64,000 bases of DNA, taken from NCBI GenBank assembly GCA_002633005.1, contig NMRA01000322.1:186001-250000 (forward strand), written 5' to 3'. Under the pieces are notes generated by a model, which saw only the letters and a list, made by a program, of their open reading frames with translations, searched no databases and was not told the DNA's origin. This document shows, one piece after another, positions 29,601-41,600 of the stretch. The DNA comes from Phoronis australis (Eukaryota > Animalia > Phoronida). A program made the translations under genes and the position numbers. The first letter of the stretch is position 1. Every line of letters begins with the position of its first letter.

Positions 29601-32600
29601 TCTTAGCTACACGCACATTTTTGAGGCAAATGAAGAACCTGAATATGCAGTTAACCAAACGAAACTAAACCATTATCACCACAAGCTATTAAGACATAAA
29701 TTTCACAAAGCTGGTTTCTTAATTTAATTAAAGTGTTTAATGTACCATAACTAAATACACTGGTAAAACTTTTCTGTTTGTGGTGAGCAAAATCTCAATT
29801 TTGAATTCAGTCAAAAGGTTAAGTGAGGCCAAAACGGAAAACGCTAGTCTAGAAAGTTCAGGAAGAGAGTTTCAAAAATAATACTTTGCCTGAGTATGTA
29901 CGTGTGTGTAAGTGGATTAACACTTTGCAATTTTCTAAAAAAACATGTTATGAAGGGTACATCTGATAACTTGCCAAATATAATTTTGTTTGCAATTTTG
30001 TAAGCGCTTTTATCAATAGAAAGAACAAAAACACGACTCCGTGTTAAAAGCATTACATAAAAAGCCATTTTTATTACCAGCAGATGATGAGCCTGCACCA
30101 ACACTCGAACCAGCAGCGGACGAAGACAAAGCTACAAACGGTCAAAGACGATGAGACTGACAAGGCAAGCAAAACATGAGACTTTGGTGTTATTAGTAAA
30201 AGGACATTAAGAGCAAAGCACTCCATGATCATGGCGTCATTCCATCGGTAGATGTAAGTCAAAAACCAATGATATCATTAGGCAGGTGCAGCGGTTGTGC
30301 GTTGTGGGACAGGATGTTTCAAACTGGCCCCAGCAATTAATTTGAACATAACGGATGGTCGCAAATTGAGATATAGTGCCAATTTTCCAATCTTTCAACT
30401 TCACAGTTAACAAAAGGTAGATCACTTTAATTGTAATTTTGAAATTAAAATCCCTTTGCATATCCAGAATCAGGCCATTAATAATTGTTTCAATACAATT
30501 CCATACTAATGCCAGATCGTGAAACTAAAATACAAATTCGACACAGTAATGACGGTCTGATTTTCAAACAATAAGTATTGTGAAACATACAATTGATGGC
30601 TTGACACAAATAATTTAATAGCACCAGTTAATGCCATTTAGTAAGCGTTTTCATCAATAGGAAGAACAAAAATTTCAGCTCAATGTTAAAACAATACATA
30701 TAAGAAGCCATTTTTATTACCAGCAGACGATGAGCCCGCACCAACACTCGAAGAAGCAGCTGACGAAGACAAAGCTACAAACAGTCAAGCAGGACAAGAA
30801 TGACAAGACACTAGACAAACATGAGTCAAGACTGACAAGACACTTAACACACATGTATTAAGAATGACAAGACACTTAACGGACATGAATTAAGAATGAC
30901 AAGACACTCAACAAACATGTACTAAGAATGACAAGACACTTAAAAGACATGAATTAAGAATGACAAGACACTCAACAAACATGAATTAAGATTGTGGTGT
31001 TATCGGTAAAATGACATTATGAGTAAAACATTGCATAATCATGCCATCATTTCATCAGTAGATTTTTAAATTAATGTTTTTTCAATAAGTTGTATATTGA
31101 TAGCAAATTGTGAATGTAAAGAACGAATTTTACACCATTTTGTAGGTCAGATTTTCTAAAATTGCATATTGTGATATGTACACTTCATAGATTGACACAA
31201 ATGATTTTGATAGCACCAATTAATGCAATTTTGTAAGTGTCTTTATGAATAGGAAGAACAAAAATACAACTCAATGTTAAAAGCAATACATAACAGAAGC
31301 CATTTTTATTACCAGCAGATGATGAGCCTGCACCAACACTCGAAGCAGCAGCTGACGAAGACAAAGCTACAAACAGTCAAACGAGACAAGACTGACAAGG
31401 CACTCAACAAACATGTATTAAGAATGAAAAGACACTCAACAGATGCGAGTTAAGAATGACAAGACACTCAACAAACATGAATGAAGACTTTGATGTTATT
31501 AGTAAAAGGAAATTACGAGCAAAACACTGCATAACCATGCAGTCATTTCATCAATATATAGAAGTCAACCAATAATGGTATCGGGCATGTGCCGCGTTTG
31601 AGCGCAATAGAAATAATTGGGAAAGCTTGTTTCCAACTGGATCCTTAAAATATTTGAAACCGAATAGATGGCCGCAAATTGAGATATAGTGCCAATTCAC
31701 CAACTTTTCAACATCACAGTTCACAGAAGTTGGATCCTTTTAATTGTAATTTTAAAATCAAATTCCCTTCGCATATCCAGAACCAGGCCTTTAATAAATT
31801 TTTGAATGAATTAATGACAAATTGTGAATGTAAATAACAAACTCGACAATATAATGCCTATCGGATTTTCTAAAAATGCATATTGTGAAATGTACGATTG
31901 ATAGCTTGACACAAATACTTTCAGTAGCACCAATTAATGCAATTTTGTAAGCGATTACATCATTAGAAACAAAAAAGTGCTAATAAATGTTAAAAGCAAT
32001 ACATAACAGAAGCCATTTTGTTACCAGCAGATGATGAGCCTGCACCAACACTCGAAGCAGCAGCTGACGAAGACAAAGCTACAAACAGTCAAACAGGACA
32101 AGACTGACAAGTCACTCACCAAACATGTATTAAAATCGACAAGACACTCAACAAATATGAATTAAGACTTTGATGTTATTAGTAAAAGGACTTTGTGAGC
32201 AAAACACTACATAGTCATGGCGTCATTTCATCACTAGATGTAAGTCGACCAAATGATAGGATTGGACAAGTGCAGCGTTTGAGCGCATTAGAAATAATTG
32301 GAACCCCTTGTTTCCAACTGGTTCCTTGAAATAATTGGAGCCTAATGGATGACCGCAAATTGGGATACAGTGCTAATTTGCCAACCTTTTTTAACTTCAC
32401 AGTTTACAAAAGTTGTATCCCGTTAATTGTAATTTTAAAATCAAAGTCCCTTTGCATATCCAGAATCAGGGCATTGATAAAGTTTTCAATTAATTTGTAA
32501 ATCACTGACAAATTTTGAATGTAAATAACTAACTGGACATAATATGTCTCTCAGATTTTCTAAAAATCCATATTTTCAAACATACAATTGATATCTTGAC

Positions 32601-35600
32601 TCAAATAATTTTAGTAGCAATTTTGTATGCGTTTACATGAATAGAAAGAACACAAATACCACTCAGTGTTAAAAGCAATACATAAAAGAAGCCATTTTTA
32701 TTACCAGCAGATGATGAGCCTGCACCAACACTCGAAGCAGCAGCTGACGAAGACGAAGCTACAAACAGTCAAACACCACAAAACTGACAAGGCACTCGAC
32801 AAATATGAATTAAAACTTTGATGTTATTAGTAAAAGGACTTCGCATATCCAGAACCAGGCCTTTAATAAATTTTTGAATGAATTAATGACAAATTGTGAA
32901 TGTAAATAACAAACTCGACAATATAATGCCTATCGGATTTTCTAAAAATGCATATTGTGAAATGTACAATTGATAGCTTGACACAAATAATTTTAGTAGC
33001 ACCAATTAATGCAATTTTGTAAGCGTTTACATCAATAGAAAGAACAAAAATGCCACTCAGTGTTAAAAGCAATACATATAAGAAGAAACAATTGCGGCTG
33101 TTTGTTTCAAATTGGATTCTTAAGATAATAATAGATGGCTGCAAATTGAAATATAGTGACAATTTGCTAGTCTTTCATCTTCACAGTTCACAGACTTTGG
33201 ACCTCTTTAAATTCCAAAATCCCTTTGCATATCCGGAATCAGGTCATTAATATTTTTTCAATAAATTTGTACAATGACGACAAATTTTGAATGTGAAACA
33301 CGAACTCGAAAGCATTGTGTCTGTCGGATTTTGTAAAAATTAATATTGTGAAATGTACAATATATAGCCTGACTCAAATAATTTTAACAGTACTAATTAA
33401 TACAAATTTGTAAGCTTTTTGGTCAATAGAAAGAACAAAAATGCCACTCAGTGTTAAAAGCATTACATAAAAAGCCATTTTTATTACCAGCAGATGATGA
33501 GCCTGCACCAACACTCGAACCAGCAGCTGACGAAGACAAAGCTACAAACAGTCAAACACCACAAGACTGACAAGGCACTCGACAAACATGTATTAAGAAT
33601 AACAAGACACTTAACAGACATGAATTAAGAATGACAAGACACTCAAAAAACATGAATTAAAATTTTGTTGTTTTTTGTAAAATGACATTACGAGCAAAAC
33701 ATTGCATAATCATGCCGTCATTTCATCTGTAAATTTTTGAATTAATAATTTTTCAATAAATTTGTATATTGATAGAAAATTGTGAATGTGAAGAACGAAT
33801 TTGACAACATTATGTCAGTCGGGTTTTCTAAAATTGCATATTGTTAAATGTACAAGTAATACATTGACACTCAACAAACATGAATTAAAACTTTAATTTG
33901 ATGTTATTAGTTGAAAGAAATTACGAACAAAACACTGCATAACCTTTGGGTCATTTCATCAGTAGACGTAAGTCAACCAATAACGGTATAGGGCATGTGC
34001 AGCGCATTAGAAGTAACTGGGAAAGCTTGTTTCCAACTGGATCCTTAAAATATTTGGAACCGAATGGATGGCCGCAAATTGAGATATAGTGCCAAAACGT
34101 CAACCTTTTAACACCACAGATCACAGAAGTTGGATCTTTTTATTTGTAATTTTAAAATCAAATTCCTTTTGCATATCCAGAAACAGGCCATTACCAAATT
34201 TCTTAATACATTTGTAAATTAATGACAAATTGTGAATCTAAATAACGAACTCGACACCACTTTGTCTCTTGAATTTTCTAAAAATGCATATTGTGAAATG
34301 TACAATTGATAGCTTGAAACAAATAATTTTATTAGCACCAATTAATGCAATTTTGTAAGCGTTTACATCATTAGAAACAAAAAAATGCCACTCAGTGTTA
34401 AAAGCAATACATAAAAGAAGACATTTTTATTACCAGCAGATGATGAGCCTGCACCAACACTCGAACCAGCAGCGGACGAAGACAAAGCTACAAACAGTCA
34501 AACAGGACAAGACTGACAAGGCACTCAACAAACATGAATTTAGTCTGACAGGTCACTCACCAAACATGTATTAAGACCGACAAGACACTCAACAAACATG
34601 AATTAAGACTTTGATGTTATTAGTAAAAGCACTTTGCGAGCAAAACCCTGCATCATCATAGAGTCATTTCATCAGTAGATGTAAGTCGAACAAAGATAGT
34701 ATTGGGCAAGTACAGCGTTTGAGCGCATTAGAAATAATTGGGACCTCTTGTTTCCAACTGGATCCTTGAAATAATTGGAACGTAATGAATGGCCGCAAAT
34801 TGATATATAGTGCCAATTTGCCAACCTTTTAACTTCACAGTTCACAGAAGTTGTATTCCTTTAATTGTAATTTTAAAATCAAAATCACTTTGCATATCCA
34901 TAATCAGGGCATTAATAAATTTTTGAACAGATTTGTAAAATAATGACGACTTGTGAATGTAAATAACGAACTCGACAAAATTGTGTCTAAAAATCCATAT
35001 TCTCATATATGAAATTGACAGCTTGAAACAGACAATTATAGTAGCATCAAATAATGCAATTTGTAAGCGTTTACATCAATAGAAAGAACAAGAATGCCAC
35101 TCAGTGTTAAAAGCAATACATAAAAGAAGCCATTTTTATTACCAGCAGATGATGAGCCTGCACCAACACTTGAACCAGCAGCTGACGAAGACAAAGCTAC
35201 AAACAGTCAAACACCACAAGACTGACAAGGCATTCAATAAACATCAATTCAGACTGACAAGGCACTCAACAAACATGCATTAAGACTTTGATGTTATTAG
35301 CAAAAGGACTTTACGAGCAAAACACTGCATAATCATGCGGTAATTTCATCAGTAGATGCAAGTCGACCAATGATAGTATTGGACAAGTGCAGCGCTTGAG
35401 CGCATTAGAAATAATTGGGACCCCTTGTTTCCAACTGGATCCTTAAAATAATTAGAACGTAATAGATGGGGGCAATTTGAAATATAGTGGCAATTTGCCA
35501 ATCTTTCAACTTCAGAGTTCACAGAAGTTGGATTTCTTTCATTGCAATTTTAAAATAAAATTCCTTCTGCATATTCATAATTAGACCATTGGATATTTTT

Positions 35601-38600
35601 TCAATGAATTTGTACATTAATGAAAAATATTGAGTGTAAAAAACGAACTCGACACAGTTATTCCGTCGGATTATCTAAACATGCATATTGTGAAATGTAC
35701 AATTGATAGCTTGACACAGATAACATTAATAACCTCCATTAGTGCATTTAAATGAGTGATTTCATCAACAGCAAGAACAAAAATATCACTCAGTGTAAAG
35801 CAGTACATAAAAGAAGCCATTTTATTACCAGCAGATGATGAGCCTGCACCAACACTCGAAGCAGCAGCTGACGAAGACAAAGCTACAAACAGTCAAACAG
35901 GACAAGACTGACAAGGCACTCGACAAACATGAATTAAAACTTTGATGTTATTAGTAAAAGGACTTTGCAAGCAAAGCACTGCATCATCATAGAGTCATTT
36001 CATCAGTAGATATAAGTCGACCAAATACAGTATTGGGCAAGTACAGCGTTTGAGCGCATTAGAAATAATTGGGACCTCTTGTTTCCAACTGGATCCTTGA
36101 AATAATTGGAACGTAATTAATGGCCGCAAATTGATATATAGTGCCAATTTGCCAACCTTTTAACTTCACAGTTCACAGAAGTTGTATTCCTTTAATTGTA
36201 ATTTTAAAATCAAAGTCCCTTTGCATATCCATAATCAGGGCATTAATAAATTTTTGAACAGATTTGTAAAATAATGACGACTTGTGAATGTAAATAACGA
36301 ACTCGACAAAACTGTGTCTATAGGATTTTCTAAAAATCCATATTGTCAAATATGAAATTGATAGCTTGACACAAACAATTTTAGTAGCACCAAATAATAC
36401 AATTTTGTAAGCGTTTACATCAATAGAAAGAACAAAAATGCCACTCAGCGTTAAAAGCAGTACATAAAAGAAAACATTTTTATTACCAGCAGATGATGAG
36501 CCTGCACCAACACTTGAACCAGCAGCGGACGAAGACAAAGCTACAAACAGTCAAACACCAAAAGACTTACAAGGCATTCAATAAACATCAATTCAGACTG
36601 ACAAGGCACTCAACAAACATGCATTAAGACTTTGATGTTATTAGCAAAAGGACTTTACGAGCAAAACACTGCATAATCATGGCGTCATTTCATCACTAGA
36701 TGCAAGTCGACCAGTGATAGCATTGGGCAAGTCCAGCGTTTGAGCGCATTAGAAATAATTGGAACCTCTTGTTTCCAACTGGATCCTTAAAACAATTAGA
36801 ACGTAATAGATGGGGGCAATTTGAAATATAGTGGCAATTTGCCAATCTTTCAACTTCAGAGTTCACAGAAGTTGGATTTCTTTCATTACAATTTCAAAAT
36901 AAAATTCCTTCTACATATTCATAATTAGGCTATTGGATATTTTTTCAATGAATTTGTACATTGATGAAAAATCGTGAGTGTAAAAAAAACTCGACACTGT
37001 TAGTCCGTCGGATTTTCTAAGCATGCATATTGTGAAATGTACAATTGATAGCTTGAAACATGTAATATTAATAACCCCTATTAGTGCAATTAAATGAGTG
37101 ATTTCATCAACAGAAAGAAAAAACACAAAGTGTTAAAAGCAATACATAAATGAAGCCATTTTATTACCAGCAGATGATGAGCCGGCACCAACACTCGAAC
37201 CAGCAGTTGACGAAGACAAAGCTACAAACAGTCAAACAGGACAAGACTGACAAGGCACTCAACAAACGTGAAATAAGACTGACAAAGCACCCAACAAACA
37301 TTATTAAGGCTGACAAGACATTCAACAAACATGAATTAAGACTTTAATTTGATGTTATTAGTTGAAAGACTTTACGAGCAAAATATTGCATAATTGTGGC
37401 GTCATTTAATCAGTAGATGTAAGTCAAAAATGATATCATTAAGCCTGTGCAGCGCTTGTGCCTTGTAGAAACAATTGGGGCTATTTCTTTCAAAGTGGAT
37501 CCTTAAAAAAACTGAACGTAATGGACGGCCGAAAATTGAAATATAGTGCCAATTTGCTAATCTTTCGACTTCAGAGTTCACTGAAGTTGGATCTCTTTAA
37601 TTATAATTTTGAATTTTCCTTTGCATACCAAGAATCTTAATTGTTTCGATGCATTTGCACATAGAGGGCAGATAGGTATTAAAATGCAAATTTGACACAA
37701 TTATGTCTGTCGGATTTTCTAAGAATGAATACTGTGAAATGTACAATTATTAACTTGACACAAATGATTTTATTAGCACCCAATTAATGCAATTTTCTAA
37801 GTGTTTTCATCAATAGAAAGAACACAAAACCACTCAGTGTTAAAAGCTGCACATATAAGAAGCCATTTTTATTACCAGCTGACGATGAGCCGGCACCAAC
37901 ACTCGAAGCAGCGGCGGACGAAGACAAAGCTACAAACAGTCAAACAGGACAAGACTGACAAGACACTCGACAAACATGAGTTAAGACTGACATGGCACTC
38001 AACAAACATGAATTAAGACTGACAAGACACTGGACCATTAAAATAATTTGAACAAAATGGAGAGCCGCAAATTGAGATATAGCGCCAATTTGCTAGTCTT
38101 TCAACTTCACAATTCACAGAAGTTGGATCTCTTTAAATTCCAAAATCCCTTTGCATATCCTGAATCAGGCCATTAATATTTTTTCAATGAATTTGTACAA
38201 TGATGACAAATTGTGAATGTGAAAAACGAATTCGAAACCATTGCGTCTGTCGGATTTTGTAAAAATGCATATTGTGAAATGTACAATTGATAGCTTGACA
38301 CAAATAATTTTAATAGAACCAATTAATGCAATTTTGTAAGCGTTTACATCAATAGAAAGAACAAAAATGCCACTCAGTGTTAAAAGCAATACATATAAGA
38401 AGCCATTTTTATTACCAGCAGATGATGAGCCGGCACTAACACTCGAACCAGCAGCGGACGAAGACAAAGCTACAAACAGTCAAACACCACAAGACTGACA
38501 AGGCACTCAACAAACATGAATTAAGACTGACAAGGCACCCAACAAACATGAATTAAGATTGACAAGGGACTCAACAAACATGAATTAGGACATGGATGTT

Positions 38601-41600
38601 ATTAGCTGATGGACATGACGAGCAAAACACTACATAGTCATGGCGGTATTTCATCCGTAGATGTAAGTCAAAAACCATATATCATTAGGCATTTGCAGCG
38701 CTTCTTTCTTATAGAAACAATTGCGGCTGTTTGTTTCAAATTAAATTCTTAAGATAATAATAGATGGCTGCAAATTGAAATGTAGTGACAATTTGCTAGT
38801 CTTTCATCTTCACAGTTCACAGACTTTGGACCTCTTTAAATTCCAAAATCCCTTTGCATATCCGGAATCAGGTCATTAATATTTTTTCAATAAATTTGTA
38901 CAATGACGACAAATTTTGAATGTGAAACACGAACTCGAAAGCATTGTGTCTGTCGGATTTTGTAAAAATTAATATTGTGAAATGTACAATATATAGCCTG
39001 ACTCAAATAATTTTAACAGTACTAATTAATACAAATTTGTAAGCTTTTTGGTCAATAGAAAGAACAAAAATGCCACTCAGTGTTGAAAGCAATACATATA
39101 AGAAGCCATTTTTATTACCAGCAGATGATGAGCCTGCACCAACACTCGAACCAGCGGCGGACGAAGACAAAGCTACAAACAGTCAAACAGGAAAAGACTG
39201 ACAAGACACTCGACAAACATGAGTTAAGACTGACAAGGCACCCAACAAACATGAATTAAGATTGACAAGGGACTCAACAAACATGAGTTAGGACATGGAT
39301 GTTATTAGCTGATGGACATGACGAGCAAAACACTACATAGTCATGGCGGCATTTCATCCGTAGATGTAAGTGAAAAACCAACCATATCATTAGGCATGTG
39401 CAACGCTTGTTTGCTTTAGAAACAATTGCGGCTCTTTGTTTCAAATTGGATCCTTAAAATAAAAAACAGATGGCTGCAAATTGAAATATAGCGCCAATTT
39501 GGCAATTTTTCAACTTCACAAGTCACAGAAGTTGGCTCTCTTTAACTATAATTTTGAAATTAAAATCCCTTTCCATGCCGAGAATCAGGTAATTAATAAT
39601 TGTTTCAATACATTTCCGCAGATGGCAAATCGCGATACATGTATTGAAATGCATATTAGGCACCGTTACGTCTGCCGGATTTTTTAAAAATGAATATTGT
39701 GAAATGTATAATTTTAATAGCACTAATTAATGCAATTGAGTAATCGTTTTCAACTACTAAAAGAACAAAACTACCTCTCCTTGTCAAAAAGTAACACACA
39801 AAAGAAGCCAATTTTTATTACCAGCAGATGATGAGCCCGCAACAACACTCGAACCAGCAGCTGACGAAGACGAAGCTACAAACAGTCAAAGACGACAGCA
39901 CTGACCACGCTTTCAACAAATATGAAATAAAACTGACAAGGCACTCAACAATTATGACTGAGACTGACAAGGCACTCAACAAATATGAATTTAGACTGGT
40001 AAGGCACTCAACAAACATAGAATTGAGACACCAATGCCGTAAGTTTTCCTAATGCGATTCAATTCGAACGCACATGGGTGGTATTTCAAGCCTGGGCTGC
40101 ATTAGACATATCGGCATCCTAAACTTGTAATTAAATATTTGTTACGTAGAAGTAACGGAACTTGAGTAATGTACATCTGATTGCTTGGCGTGAATTATTT
40201 CTCAGCAGCATTTTACACAAGGTGTAAAATAAACGGCAAAAAACAACACTTCTTTTTTATAAAAGTTTTTAAAAGAAGCCATTTTATTACCAGCTGATGA
40301 TGAGACGTCACTAGCATTCAGAGCAGCGGAAGACGAAGCTACAAATAAACAAACAGGACCTTTCTGACAAGGCATTCAACACGTAAGACTGATAAGGCAT
40401 TCGACAAACATGACCAATACTTTGCATTGGACAAAGATTTTAGAATGATTACCTCGCACTTGATCCCGGATTGTTTTGAACGAAAGTGCGCTGATACCAT
40501 GTACCAAAAAGCATTTGTTATGGAAATGAACATGGACCAGAAAGGTTATGACTTTGAAAATCTTGAAATTCATCTTTGATAATTAAGTTTGTCAACAAAT
40601 AATTGGTAGGAAAGTTTAGGAATTAAGGTGAAAAGCAAAGCAGTTGCTTTTGATTGACCTGGTTTAATTTCTGCTCGCCATTGGTATATAGAAAGAGAAG
40701 GCAGTTGTAGAAATATGAGTTCGCTTACCTTGGCTGGTGGCGTTTACCGTCTGGGAAGCTCCCATCGAGGAGGAGCCTAAAACAGTCAAAAATAGCTTAA
40801 GCTGCAAGAGCGAGAGACACATGCAGTACCAAGTATTCAAATTCAATCTTAAATTTCATGAAAAACTTGTATGTAAAAGACATATTTGCAAAATCAACTG
40901 GACAGGCTTAGTCATGAGATTGGCTCGAAAGCTTTTTCAAACAGTTCATAAACATCAGCAATGATGCATTGCACAGACATTTAGTTTTCATGTGACTAGC
41001 TGACAGTGTATTAGCAATTATTACACGATGAATGATACTAATATTCTCCGACTGGCTGAAATGCAGTACGATAACTCCCGATATACCGCAATGTTGACCA
41101 ATGTGTCCGTGGAATACCGCTTTACGTTCATACCGCCTGAACATCAGACTTGACCAATCAGAAGCCTGACATCTACAAGAGCGGACGAAGTCAGTGCATC
41201 AAAGCGAAAAGAACAAGCTAATTTTATAAGAAACAAAAATCAGAGAAAATAAGCATCAATGGTCATGAAATAAAACAAATACAGACCTATCCCGCGAGCG
41301 TATCAGGTCATATGAGCATCAGGAAAGCGACGCTGTTTTCCCGCGGTCCATATGACATGATATCGCCCTCGTACATAGAAACGTTGTCAAAATTTACCGT
41401 TAACACTTGAAGTCGCATTAATGGTTGAACTTGAATTGGCGTTTACCGATGAAGACGCTGTCGCATTTGTCGATACAGTTGCATTCGCGTTTGTCGAAGA
41501 AGTTGCAGTTACATTTGATGCACTTGAACTCGCATTTGATGCTGCAGTTGATGTAGCCTGCACCGCCGATGACGATCCTGTAATAAAACACATACATCAG

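Noticed and set aside
31350-31385. Hammerhead-like ctgacga-a-gac...gtc-aaac on the plus strand of the 54-nt exons
   Set aside because: Lacks the invariant G of GAAA and any stem I/III; explained by antisense Ser/Ala codons and the acceptor sequence.
30078-39875. CRISPR-like array of conserved repeats
   Set aside because: Eukaryotic context; the conserved units are spliceable coding exons and the 'spacers' are homologous ~600-bp introns.
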